64,000 nt of DNA, from positions 51,200,001 through 51,264,000 of the forward strand of contig CP086569.2 in the NCBI GenBank assembly GCA_009914755.4, read 5' to 3'. Source of the DNA: the human T2T-CHM13v2.0 reference genome, Homo sapiens. Positions 28,583 to 42,848 of this stretch are shown piece by piece (position 1 is the stretch's first letter; the number at the start of each line of letters is the position of its first letter). The notes under the pieces are model-generated. The model was not told where the DNA came from, made no database searches, and saw only the letters and a program-made list of their open reading frames with translations. The translations under genes and the position numbers were made by a program.

Positions 28583-31500
28583 ATTAAATGGAAATGAATC
28601 AAATTGAATAGCACGGAATTGAATTGAATGGAATGGAATGCAATGCAATCTAATGAAACGGAAAGGAAAGGAATGGAATGGAATGGAATGGGCTGGAATG
28701 GAAAGGAATCGAAACGAATGGAATGGAATCGAACTGAAGAGACTGGAATGGAATGCACTGGAATGGAAGGGAGTGTAATGGAAGGTTCTCGAAAAAAATG
28801 GAATCGAATGGAATGGAATTGAATGGAACGGAATAGAGTCGAATGGAATTGAATGGAATGGAATGGACTAGAGTGAAATGGAATCAAACCACAAGGAATG
28901 GAGAGGAATAGAATGGTCTCGAATTGAATGGAATCGTATGGAATGGCATCAAACGGAATGGAATGGACAGCCACGGAATGGAATGCACTCGAATGCAATG
29001 GAGTCGAAACTAATGGACTGGAATAGAATGGACTCGACTGGTACGGACTCCAATGGAATGGAATCGAATGGAAGGGAATCGAACGGAATGGACTCGAAGG
29101 GAAAAGACTGCAATGGAAAGGTCTCGAATGGAATGGAAATTAATGGAATGGAATGGAATCGAATGAAATGGAGTCAAAAGGAATGGAATCGAATGGCAAC
29201 AAATCGAATGTAATGGAATCGCAAGGAATTGATGTGAACGGAACGGAACGGAATGGAATGGAATCCAAAGGAATGGAATAGAATGGAATGGAATCGAATG
29301 GAAAGGACTCGAATGGAAATCACTCGAATAGAATGCAATTTAATAAAATAGGATCAAATGTAATGGAATGGAATGGAAAGGAATCGAAACGAAAGGAATG
29401 GAGACAGATGGAATGGAATAGAACAGAGAGCAATGGTATGGAATGGAATGGAATCATCTGGAATGGAATTGAATGGAATGGAATAATATGAAATGGAATG
29501 GAATGGAATGGAATGGAATGGAATGCCCTTGAATTAAATGGACTGGAATGGAATGGACTCGAACAGAGTGGAATGGAAAGTGTTGAGATAGAATGGAATG
29601 GACTCCTTTGGAATGGTGTAGTATGCAATGCAATCGACTGGCAGGGAATCAAAAGGAATGTAATGGAATGGACTGGACTGGAATGCAATGGACTCGAATA
29701 GATTGGAAACGGAATGCAAAGAAATGGAATGGAATAGTATGGAATGGAATGGAAAGGAATGGAGTGGAATAGACTAGAGTGGAATGGAATGGACTGGAAA
29801 GCAATGGACTGGAATGGAACTTTCTTGAATGGACTGGAATCAAACGGAATGGAATGCAATGCAATCAAATGGCATGGAATAAAATAGAATGAAAGAGAAT
29901 CAAATGGAATTGAATCGAATGGAATCGAATGGATTGGAAAGGAATAGAATGGAATGGAATGGAATTGACTCAAATGGAATGGACTAGAATGGAATGGATT
30001 CGAATGGAAGGCAAAGGAATGGAATCTATTGGAATGGACTGTAATGGAATGGAATGGAAGGGATTGGAATGGACTCGAATGGAATGGACTGCAATAGAAA
30101 GGATTCGAATGGAATGAAAAAGAATTGAATGGAATAGAACAGAATGGAATCAAATCGAATGAAATGGAATGGAATAGAAAGGAATGGAATGAAATGGAAT
30201 GGAAAGGATTCGAATGGAATGCAATCGAATGGAATGGAATCGAACGGAATGGAATAAAATGGAAGAAAACTGGCAAGAAATGGAATCGAAATGAATGGAG
30301 TGTTATGGAACGGACTCAAAAGGAATTGAATGTAATAGAATGGAGTGGAGTGGACTCGAATATAATGGACTGGAATGGAATGAAATCACATGGAATGGGA
30401 ACGAATGGAATGGAATGGAAAGGAATGGAATCGAATGGAAAGGAATCGAATGGAAGGGAATGAAATTGAATCAACAGGAATGGAAGGGAATAGAATAGAC
30501 GGTAATGGAATGGACTCGAATAGAATGGACACGAATGCTCAAATTGAATGGACTCGAATGGAATGGAAACGAAAGGAATGTCATCGAATGGAATTGAATC
30601 GATTGGAATGAAATCGCATAGAATGGAGTGGAATCAAATGGAATTGAATCGAAAGGAAAGGAAGCGAATGGACTGAAATGAAATGGAATGGAATTGAATG
30701 GAAAGTAATGCAATGGAATAGAATGGAACGAAATTTCACGGAATGGAATCAAACTGAATGGAATCAAATCAATGGAATATAATCAAATGGAATGGAAAGG
30801 AATTGAATGGAGTAGATTGGATTGGATGGGATTGGAATGAAATGTACTGGAAAGGACTCGAATTTCATGAAACGGAATGGAATGAATTGGAACGGAATGG
30901 ACTCGAATGGAATGGAATGTCATGGAATGGCATCAAATGGAATGGCATCAAATGGAATAGAATCGAATGCAATGGAATGCTATGGAATGGAATGGAATGC
31001 ATTGGAATGGAATGTCCTCTAATGGAATGGATTCGAGTGGAATGGAATCGAATATAATGGAGTCGAATGAAATGGAATTGAAAGGAATGGGATCGAATAC
31101 AATGGAATATACTGGAATGTAACGTAATGAACTCGAATGTAATTGACTGGAATGGAATGTACATGAATGGAATGTAATCGAATGGAAAGTAATCCAATGG
31201 AATAGAATCTAATGCAATAAAACCGACTCAGATAGAGTAGAATGTAATGGAATGGAGTGCAGTGCAATGGAATGGAATGGAATGGAATGCAATTGAATGG
31301 AATGGAATGGAATGGAATGGAATGGAATGGGATGGAATGGTATGGAATGGATAGTAATGGACTGGAGTGAAATGGACTGGAAAGGAATGGACTCAAATTG
31401 AAAGGGCTCGAAAGGAATGGAGTCAAATGGAATGGTCTGGAATGGAATGAACACGAATGTAATGCAATCCAAAAGAATGGAATCGAATGGCATGGAATAT

Positions 31501-32151
31501 AACGAAATGGAATCGGAGAGAATGGAAACAAATGGAATGGAATTGAATGGAATGGAATTGAATGGAATGGGAACGAATGGAGTGAAATTGTATACAGTAG
31601 AAGGGAATAGAATGGAATGCAAGCGAAAGGAAAGGAATGGATTGGAATGGAATGGAATTCATTGGAATGGAAGGGAATGTAGTGTAATGGACAGGCCTGG
31701 AATAAAGTGGAATGCTACGGTCTCGAATGGAATAAAAATGTATGGAATGGAATGCAATGAAATGGAATCGAATGTCATAGAATGTAATGGAATGCAACAA
31801 AATGGAATCCAAAATCATTGACTGGAAAGGCTGGGTGTCGAAAGGAATTGACTCCAATGGAATGGAATCGAATGGAATGGAAGTGAATAGAATCGAACTA
31901 AATCGAATGGAATGGAATTGATAGGAACGGAATGGAAAGGAATGCAATGATTTGGCATGGAATGGAATCGAATGGCATCGAATGGAATGGAATGGAATGC
32001 AATGGAATGGAATGTATTAGAATGTAATGAACTTTAATGGAATGTACTCGAATGGATTCGACTGGAATGGAATGTTCTGGAAGTGAATGGACTCCAATGG
32101 AATGGATTCCAAAGGAATGGAATCGTACGGAATGGAATCTAATGGAATGGA
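28583..32151 (+). repeat. HOR unit 9 (3569 bp), family C, equal to unit 6
   Basis: Anchors at 28583 and 32152. The 318-aa '-' strand artefact ORF is identical to the one in unit 6. Confidence 0.9.
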
Positions 32152-35100
32152 ATTAAATGGAAATGAATCAAATTGAATAGCACGGAATTGAATTGAATGG
32201 AATCGAATGCAATGGAATCTAATGAAACGGAAAGGAAAGGAATGGAATGGAATGGAATGGGCTGGAATGGAAAGGAATCGAAACGAATGGAATGGAATCG
32301 AACTGAAGAGACTGGAATGGAATGCACTGGAATGGAAGGGAGTGTAATGGAAGGTTCTCGAAAAAAATGGAATCGAATGGAATGGAATTGAATGGAACGG
32401 AATAGAGTCGAATGGAATTGAATGGAATGGAATGGACTAGAGTGATATGGAATCGAACCACAAGGAATGGAGAGGAATAGAATGGTCTCGAATTGAATGG
32501 AATCGTATGGAGTGGCATCAAACGGAATGGAATGGACAGCCACGGAATGGAATGCACTCGAATGCAATGGAGTCGAAACTAATGGACTGGAATAGAATGG
32601 ACTCGACTGGTACGGACTCCAATGGAATGGAATCGAATGGAAGGGAATCGAACGGAATGGACTCGAAGGGAAAAGACTGCAATGGAAAGGTCTCGAATGG
32701 AATGGAAATTAATGGAATGGAATGGAATCGAATGAAATGGAGTCAAAAGGAATGGAATCGAATGGCAACAAATCGAATGTAATGGAATCGCAAGGAATTG
32801 ACGTGAAAGGAACGGAATGGAATGGAATCCAAAGGAATGGAATAGAATGGAATGGAATCGAATGGAAAGGACTCGAATGGAAATCACTCGAATAGAATGC
32901 AATTTAATAAAATAGGATCAAATGTAATGGAATGGAATGGAAAGGAATCGAAACGAAAGGAATGGAGACAGATGGAATGGAATGGAACAGAGAGCAATGG
33001 TGTAGAATGGAATGGAATCATCTGGAATGGAATTGAATGGAATGGAATAATATGAAATGGAATGGAATGGAATGGAATGGAATGCCCTTGAATTAAATGG
33101 ACTGGAATGGAATGGACTCGAACAGAGTGGAATGGAAAGTGTTGAGATAGAATGGAATGGACTCCTTTGGAATGGTGTAGTATGCAATGCAATCGACTGG
33201 CAGGGAATCAAAAGGAATGTAATGGAATGGACTGGACTGGAATGCAATGGACTCGAATAGATTGGAAACGGAATGCAAAGAAATGGAATGGAATAGTATG
33301 GAATGGAATGGAAAGGAATGGAGTGGAATAGACTAGAGTGGAATGGAATGGACTGGAAAGCAATGGACTGGAATGGAACTTTCTTGAATGGACTGGAATC
33401 AAACGGAATGGAATGCAATGCAATCAAATGGCATGGAATAAAATAGAATGAAAGAGAATCAAATGGAATTGAATCGAATGGAATCGAATGGATTGGAAAG
33501 GAATAGAATGGAATGGAATGGAATGGACTCAAATGGAATGGACTAGAATGGAATGGATTCGAATGGAAGGCAAAGGAATGGAATCTATTGGAATGGACTG
33601 TAATGGAATGGAATGGAAGGGATTGGAATGGACTCGAATGGAATGGACTGCAATAGAAAGGATTCGAATGGAATGAAAAAGAATTGAATGGAATAGAACA
33701 GAATGGAATCAAATCGAATGAAATGGAATGGAATAGAAAGGAATGGAATGAAATGGAATGGAAAGGATTCGAATGGAATGCAATCGAATGGAATGGAATC
33801 GAACGGAATGGAATAAAATGGAAGAAAACTGGCAAGAAATGGAATCGAAATGAATGGAGTGTTATGGAACGGACTCAAAAGGAATTGAATGTAATAGAAT
33901 GGAGTGGAGTGGACTCGAATATAATGGACTGGAATGGAATGAAATCACATGGAATGGGAACGAATGGAATGGAATGGAAAGGAATGGAATCGAATGGAAA
34001 GGAATCGAATGGAAGGGAATGAAATTGAATCAACAGGAATGGAAGGGAATAGAATAGACGGTAATGGAATGGACTCGAATAGAATGGACACGAATGCTCA
34101 AATTAAATGGACTCGAATGGAATGGAAACGAAAGGAATGTCATCGAATGGAATTGAATCGATTGGAATGAAATCGCATAGAATGGAGTGGAATCAAATGG
34201 AATTGAATCGAAAGGAAAGGAAGCGAATGGACTGAAATGAAATGGAATGGAATTGAATGGAAAGTAATGCAATGGAATAGAATGGAACGAAATTTCACGG
34301 AATGGAATCAAACTGAATGGAATCAAATCAATGGAATCAAATCAAATGGAATGGAAAGGAATTGAATGGAGTAGATTGGATTGGATGGGATTGGAATGAA
34401 ATGTACTGGAAAGGACTCGAATTTCATGAAACGGAATGGAATGAATTGGAACGGAATGGACTCGAATGGAATGGAATGTCATGGAATGGCATCAAATGGA
34501 ATGGCATCAAATGGAATGGAATCGAATGCAATGGAATGCTATGGAATGGAATGGAATGCATTGGAATGGAATGTCCTCTAATGGAATGGATTCGAGTGGA
34601 ATGGAATCGAATATAATGGAGTCGAATGAAATGGAATTGAAAGGAATGGGATCGAATAGAATGGAATATACTGGAATGTAATGTAATGAACTCGAATGTA
34701 ATTGACTGGAATGGAATGTACATGAATGGAATGTAATCGAATGGAAAGTAATCCAATGGAATAGAATCTAATGCAATAAAACCGACTCAGATAGAGTAGA
34801 ATGTAATGGAATGGAGTGCAGTGCAATGGAAGGGAATGGAATTGAATGCAATGGAATGGAATGGAATGGAATGGAATGGAATGGAATGGAATGGGATGGA
34901 ATGGTATGGAATGGATAGTAATGGACTGGAGTGAAATGGACTGGAAAGGAATGGACTCAAATTGAAAGGGCTCGAAAGGAATGGAGTCAAATGGAATGGT
35001 CTGGAATGGAATGAACACGAATGTAATGCAATCCAATAGAATGGAATCGAATGGCATGGAATATAAAGAAATGGAATCGAAGAGAATGGAAACAAATGGA

Positions 35101-35715
35101 ATGGAATTGAATGGAATGGAATTGAATGGAATGGGAACGAATGGAGTGAAATTGTATGCAGTAGAAGGGAATAGAATGGAATGCAAGCGAAAGGAAAGGA
35201 ATGGATTGGAATGGAATGGAATTCATTGGAATGGAAGGGAATGTAGTGTAATGGACAGGCCTGGAATAAAGTGGAATGCTACGGTCTCGAATGGAATAAA
35301 AATGTATGGAATGGAATGCAATGAAACGGAATCGAATGTCATAGAATGTAATGGAATGCAAAAAAATGGAATCCAAAATCATTGACTGGAAAGGCTGGGT
35401 GTCGAAAGGAATTGACTCCAATGGAATGGAATCGAATGGAATGGAAGTGAATAGAATCGAACTAAATCGAATGGAATGGAATTGATAGGAACGGAATGGA
35501 AAGGAATGCAATGATTTGGCATGGAATGGAATCGAATGGCATCGAATGGATTGGAATGGAATGCAATGGAATGGAATGTATTAGAATGTAATGAACTTTA
35601 ATGGAATGTACTCGAATGGATTCGACTGGAATGGAATGTTCTGGAAGTGAATGGACTCCAATGGAATGGATTCAAAAGGAATGGAATCGTACGGAATGGA
35701 ATCTAATGGAATGGA
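32152..35715 (+). repeat. HOR unit 10 (3564 bp), family D
   Basis: Anchors at 32152 and 35716. 'FHITLV', 'GTESNGVEW' and 'NAQIKWTRMEW' variants are shared with unit 12. Confidence 0.9.
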
Positions 35716-38700
35716 ATTAAATGGAAATGAATCAAATTGAATAGCACGGAATTGAATTGAATGGAATGGAATGCAATGGAATCTAATGAAACGGAAAGGA
35801 AAGGAATGGAATGGAATGGAATGGACTGGAATGGAAAGGAATCGAAACGAATGGAATGGAATCGAACTGAAGAGACTGGAATGGAATGCACTGGAATGGA
35901 AGGGAGTGTAATGGAAGGTTCTCGAAAAAAATGGAATCGAATGGAATGGAATTGAATGGAACGGAATAGAGTCGAATGGAATTGAATGGAATGGAATGGA
36001 CTAGAGTGAAATGGAATCGAACCACAAGGAATGGACATGAATAGAATGGTCTCGAATTGAATGGAATCGTATGGAATGGCATCAGACGGAATGGAATGGA
36101 CAGCCACGGAATGGAATGCACTCGAATGCAATGGAGTCGAAACTAATGGACTGGAATAGAATGGACTCGACTGGTACGGACTCCAATGGAATGGAATCGA
36201 ATGGAAGGGAATCGAACGGAATGGACTCGAAGGGAAAAGACTGCAATGGAAAGGTCTCGAATGGAATGGAAATTAATGGAATGGAATGGAATCGAATGAA
36301 ATGTAGTCAAAAGGAATGGAATCGTATAGCAAGAAATCGAATGTAATGGAATCACAAGGAATTGATGTGAACGGAACGGAATGGAATGGAATCCAAAGGA
36401 ATGGAATAGAATGGAATGGAATCGAATGGAAAGGACTCGAATGGAAATCACTCGAATAGAATGCAATTTAATAAAATAGGATCAAATGTAATGGAATGGA
36501 ATGGAAAGGAATCGAAACGAAAGGAATGGAGACAGATGGAATGGAATAGAACAGAGAGCAATGGTATGGAATGGAATGGAATCATCTGGAATGGAATTGA
36601 ATGGAATGGAATAATATGAAATGGAATGGAATGGAATGGAATGGAATGCCCTTGAATTAAATGGACTGGAATGGAATGGACTCGAACAGAGTGGAATGGA
36701 AAGTGTTGAGATAGAATGGAATGGACTCCTTTGGAATGGTGTAGTATGCAATGCAATCGACTGGCAGGGAATCAAAAGGAATGTAATGGAATGGACTGGA
36801 CTGGAATGCAATGGACTCGAATAGATTGGAAACGGAATGCAAAGAAATGGAATGGAATAGTATGGAATGGAATGGAAAGGAATGGAGTGGAATAGACTAG
36901 AGTGGAATGGAATGGACTGGAAAGCAATGGACTGGAATGGAACTTTCTTGAATGGACTGGAATCAAACGGAATGGAATGCAGTGCAATCAAATGGCATGG
37001 AATAAAATAGAATGAAAGAGAATCAAATGGAATTGAATCGAATGGAATCGAATGGATTGGAAAGGAATAGAATGGAATGGAATGGAATGGACTCAAATGG
37101 AATGGACTAGAATGGAATGGATTCGAATGGAAGGCAAAGGAATGGAATCTATTGGAATGGACTGTAATGGAATGGAATGGAAGGGATTGGAATGGACTCG
37201 AATGGAATGGACTGCAATAGAAAGGATTCGAATGGAATGAAAAAGAATTGAATGGAATAGAACAGAATGGAATCAAATCGAATGAAATGGAATGGAATAG
37301 AAAGGAATGGAATGAAATGGAATGGAAAGGATTCGAATGGAATGCAATCGAATGGAATGGAATCGAACGGAATGGAATAAAATGGAAGAAAACTGGCAAG
37401 AAATGGAATCGAAATGAATGGAGTGTTATGGAACGGACTCAAAAGGAATTGAATGTAATAGAATGGAGTGGAGTGGACTCGAATATAATGGACTGGAATG
37501 GAATGAAATCACATGGAATGGGAACGAATGGAATGGAATGGAAAGGAATGGAATCGAATGGAAAGGAATCGAATGGAAGGGAATGAAATTGAATCAACAG
37601 GAATGGAAGGGAATAGAATAGACGGTAATGGAATGGACTCGAATAGAATGGACACGAATGCTCAAATTGAATGGACTCGAATGGAATGGAAACGAAAGGA
37701 ATGTCATCGAATGGAATTGAATCGATTGGAATGAAATCGCATAGAATGGAGTGGAATCAAATGGAATTGAATCGAAAGGAAAGGAAGCGAATGGACTGAA
37801 ATGAAATGGAATGGAATTGAATGGAAAGTAATGCAATGGAATAGAATGGAACTAAATTTCACGGAATGGAATCAAACTGAATGGAATCAAATCAATGGAA
37901 TCAAATCAAATGGAATGGAAAGGAATTGAATGGAGTAGATTGGACTGGATGGGATTGGAATGAAATGTACTGGAAAGGACTCGAATTTCATGAAACGGAA
38001 TGGAATGAATTGGAACGGAATGGACTCGAATGGAATGGAATGTCATGGAATGGCATCAAATGGAATGGCATCAAATGGAATAGAATCGAATGCAATGGAA
38101 TGCTATGGAATGGAATGGAATGCATTGGAATGGAATGTCCTCTAATGGAATGGATTCGAGTGGAATGGAATCGAATATAATGGAGTCGAATGAAATGGAA
38201 TTGAAAGGAATGGGATCGAATACAATGGAATATACTGGAATGTAACGTAATGAACTCGAATGTAATTGACTGGAATGGAATGTACATGAATGGAATGTAA
38301 TCGAATGGAAAGTAATCCAATGGAATAGAATCTAATGCAATAAAATCGACTCAGATAGAGTAGAATGTAATGGAATGGAGTGCAGTGCAATGGAATGGAA
38401 TGGAATGGAATGCAATTGAATGGAATGGAATGGAATGGAATGGAATGGAATGGAATGGGATGGAATGGTATGGAATGGATAGTAATGGACTGGAGTGAAA
38501 TGGACTGGAAAGGAATGGACTCAAATTGAAAGGGCTCGAAAGGAATGGAGTCAAATGGAATGGTCTGGAATGGAATGAACACGAATGTAATGCAATCCAA
38601 AAGAATGGAATCGAATGGCATGGAATATAAAGAAATGGAACCGGAGAGAATGGAAACAAATGGAATGGAATTGAATGGAATGGAATTGAATGGAATGGGA

Positions 38701-39279
38701 ACGAATGGAGTGAAATTGTATGCAGTAGAAGGGAATAGAATGGAATGCAAGCGAAAGGAAAGGAATGGATTGGAATGGAATGGAATTCATTGGAATGGAA
38801 GGGAATGTAGTGTAATGGACAGGCCTGGAATAAAGTGGAATGCTACGGTCTCGAATGGAATAAATATGTATGGAATGGAATGCAATGAAATGGAATCGAA
38901 TGTCATAGAATGTAATGGAATGCAACAAAATGGAATCCAAAATCATTGACTGGAAAGGCTGGGTGTCGAAAGGAATTGACTCCAATGGAATGGAATCGAA
39001 TGGAATGGAAGTGAATAGAATCGAACTAAATCGAATGGAATGGAATTGATAGGAACGGAATGGAAAGGAATGCAATGATTTGGCATGGAATGGAATCGAA
39101 TGGCATCGAATGGAATGGAATGGAATGCAATGGAATGGAATGTATTAGAATGTAATGAACTTTAATGGAATGTACTCGAATGGATTCGACTGGAATGGAA
39201 TGTTCTGGAAGTGAATGGACTCCAATGGAATAGATTCCAAAGGAATGGAATCGTACGGAATGGAATCTAATGGAATGGA
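35716..39279 (+). repeat. HOR unit 11 (3564 bp), family E
   Basis: Anchors at 35716 and 39280. 'MDWNGKE' and ggaatggacatgaatagaatgg (36001) variants are shared with unit 13. Confidence 0.9.
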
Positions 39280-42200
39280 ATTAAATGGAAATGAATCAAA
39301 TTGAATAGCACGGAATTGAATTGAATGGAATGGAATGCAATGGAATCTAATGAAACGGAAAGGAAAGGAATGGAATGGAATGGAATGGGCTGGAATGGAA
39401 AGGAATCGAAACGAATGGAATGGAATCGAACTGAAGAGACTGGAATGGAATGCACTGGAATGGAAGGGAGTGTAATGGAAGGTTCTCGAAAAAAATGGAA
39501 TCGAATGGAATGGAATTGAATGGAACGGAATAGAGTCGAATGGAATTGAATGGAATGGAATGGACTAGAGTGATATGGAATCGAACCACAAGGAATGGAG
39601 AGGAATAGAATGGTCTCGAATTGAATGGAATCGTATGGAGTGGCATCAAACGGAATGGAATGGACAGCCACGGAATAGAATGCACTCGAATGCAATGGAG
39701 TCGAAACTAATGGACTGGAATAGAATGGACTCGACTGGTACGGACTCCAATGGAATGGAATCGAATGGAAGGGAATCGAACGGAATGGACTCGAAGGGAA
39801 AAGACTGCAATGGAAAGGTCTCGAATGGAATGGAAATTAATGGAATGGAATGGAATCGAATGAAATGGAGTCAAAAGGAATGGAATCGAATGGCAACAAA
39901 TCGAATGTAATGGAATCGCAAGGAATTGACGTGAAAGGAACGGAATGGAATGGAATCCAAAGGAATGGAATAGAATGGAATGGAATCGAATGGAAAGGAC
40001 TCGAATGGAAATCACTCGAATAGAATGCAATTTAATAAAATAGGATCAAATGTAATGGAATGGAATGGAAAGGAATCGAAACGAAAGGAATGGAGACAGA
40101 TGGAATGGAATGGAACAGAGAGCAATGGTGTAGAATGGAATGGAATCATCTGGAATGGAATTGAATGGAATGGAATAATATGAAATGGAATGGAATGGAA
40201 TGGAATGGAATGCCCTTGAATTAAATGGACTGGAATGGAATGGACTCGAACAGAGTGGAATGGAAAGTGTTGAGATAGAATGGAATGGACTCCTTTGGAA
40301 TGGTGTAGTATGCAATGCAATCGACTGGCAGGGAATCAAAAGGAATGTAATGGAATGGACTGGACTGGAATGCAATGGACTCGAATAGATTGGAAACGGA
40401 ATGCAAAGAAATGGAATGGAATAGTATGGAATGGAATGGAAAGGAATGGAGTGGAATAGACTAGAGTGGAATGGAATGGACTGGAAAGCAATGGACTGGA
40501 ATGGAACTTTCTTGAATGGACTGGAATCAAACGGAATGGAATGCAATGCAATCAAATGGCATGGAATAAAATAGAATGAAAGAGAATCAAATGGAATTGA
40601 ATCGAATGGAATCGAATGGATTGGAAAGGAATAGAATGGAATGGAATGGAATGGACTCAAATGGAATGGACTAGAATGGAATGGATTCGAATGGAAGGCA
40701 AAGGAATGGAATCTATTGGAATGGACTGTAATGGAATGGAATGGAAGGGATTGGAATGGACTCGAATGGAATGGACTGCAATAGAAAGGATTCGAATGGA
40801 ATGAAAAAGAATTGAATGGAATAGAACAGAATGGAATCAAATCGAATGAAATGGAATGGAATAGAAAGGAATGGAATGAAATGGAATGGAAAGGATTCGA
40901 ATGGAATGCAATCGAATGGAATGGAATCGAACGGAATGGAATAAAATGGAAGAAAACTGGCAAGAAATGGAATCGAAATGAATGGAGTGTTATGGAACGG
41001 ACTCAAAAGGAATTGAATGTAATAGAATGGAGTGGAGTGGACTCGAATATAATGGACTGGAATGGAATGAAATCACATGGAATGGGAACGAATGGAATGG
41101 AATGGAAAGGAATGGAATCGAATGGAAAGGAATCGAATGGAAGGGAATGAAATTGAATCAACAGGAATGGAAGGGAATAGAATAGACGGTAATGGAATGG
41201 ACTCGAATAGAATGGACACGAATGCTCAAATTAAATGGACTCGAATGGAATGGAAACGAAAGGAATGTCATCGAATGGAATTGAATCGATTGGAATGAAA
41301 TCGCATAGAATGGAGTGGAATCAAATGGAATTGAATCGAAAGGAAAGGAAGCGAATGGACTGAAATGAAATGGAATGGAATTGAATGGAAAGTAATGCAA
41401 TGGAATAGAATGGAACGAAATTTCACGGAATGGAATCAAACTGAATGGAATCAAATCAATGGAATCAAATCAAATGGAATGGAAAGGAATTGAATGGAGT
41501 AGATTGGATTGGATGGGATTGGAATGAAATGTACTGGAAAGGACTCGAATTTCATGAAACGGAATGGAATGAATTGGAACGGAATGGACTCGAATGGAAT
41601 GGAATGTCATGGAATGGCATCAAATGGAATGGCATCAAATGGAATGGAATCGAATGCAATGGAATGCTATGGAATGGAATGGAATGCATTGGAATGGAAT
41701 GTCCTCTAATGGAATGGATTCGAGTGGAATGGAATCGAATATAATGGAGTCGAATGAAATGGAATTGAAAGGAATGGGATCGAATAGAATGGAATATACT
41801 GGAATGTAATGTAATGAACTCTAATGTAATTGACTGGAATGGAATGTACATGAATGGAATGTAATCGAATGGAAAGTAATCCAATGGAATAGAATCTAAT
41901 GCAATAAAACCGACTCAGATAGAGTAGAATGTAATGGAATGGAGTGCAGTACAATGGAAGGGAATGGAATTGAATGCAATGGAATGGAATGGAATGGAAT
42001 GGAATGGAATGGAATGGAATGGAATGGGATGGAATGGTATGGAATGGATAGTAATGGACTGGAGTGAAATGGACTGGAAAGGAATGGACTCAAATTGAAA
42101 GGGCTCGAAAGGAATGGAGTCAAATGGAATGGTCTGGAATGGAATGAACACGAATGTAATGCAATCCAATAGAATGGAATCGAATGGCATGGAATATAAA

Positions 42201-42848
42201 GAAATGGAATCGAAGAGAATGGAAACAAATGGAATGGAATTGAATGGAATGGAATTGAATGGAATGGGAACGAATGGAGTGAAATTGTATGCAGTAGAAG
42301 GGAATAGAATGGAATGCAAGCGAAAGGAAAGTAATGGATTGGAATGGAATGGAATTCATTGGAATGGAAGGGAATGTAGTGTAATGGACAGGCCTGGAAT
42401 AAAGTGGAATGCTACGGTCTCGAATGGAATAAAAATGTATGGAATGGAATGCAATGAAACGGAATCGAATGTCATAGAATGTAATGGAATGCAAAAAAAT
42501 GGAATCCAAAATCATTGACTGGAAAGGCTGGGTGTCGAAAGGAATTGACTCCAATGGAATGGAATCGAATGGAATGGAAGTGAATAGAATCGAACTAAAT
42601 CGAATGGAATGGAATTGATAGGAACGGAATGGAAAGGAATGCAATGATTTGGCATGGAATGGAATCGAATGGCATCGAATGGAATGGAATGGAATGCAAT
42701 GGAATGGAATGTATTAGAATGTAATGAACTTTAATGGAATGTACTCGAATGGATTCGACTGGAATGGAATGTTCTGGAAGTGAATGGACTCCAATGGAAT
42801 GGATTCAAAAGGAATGGAATCGTACGGAATGGAATCTAATGGAATGGA
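39280..42848 (+). repeat. HOR unit 12 (3569 bp), family D, approximately equal to unit 10
   Basis: Anchors at 39280 and 42849. Confidence 0.9.
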
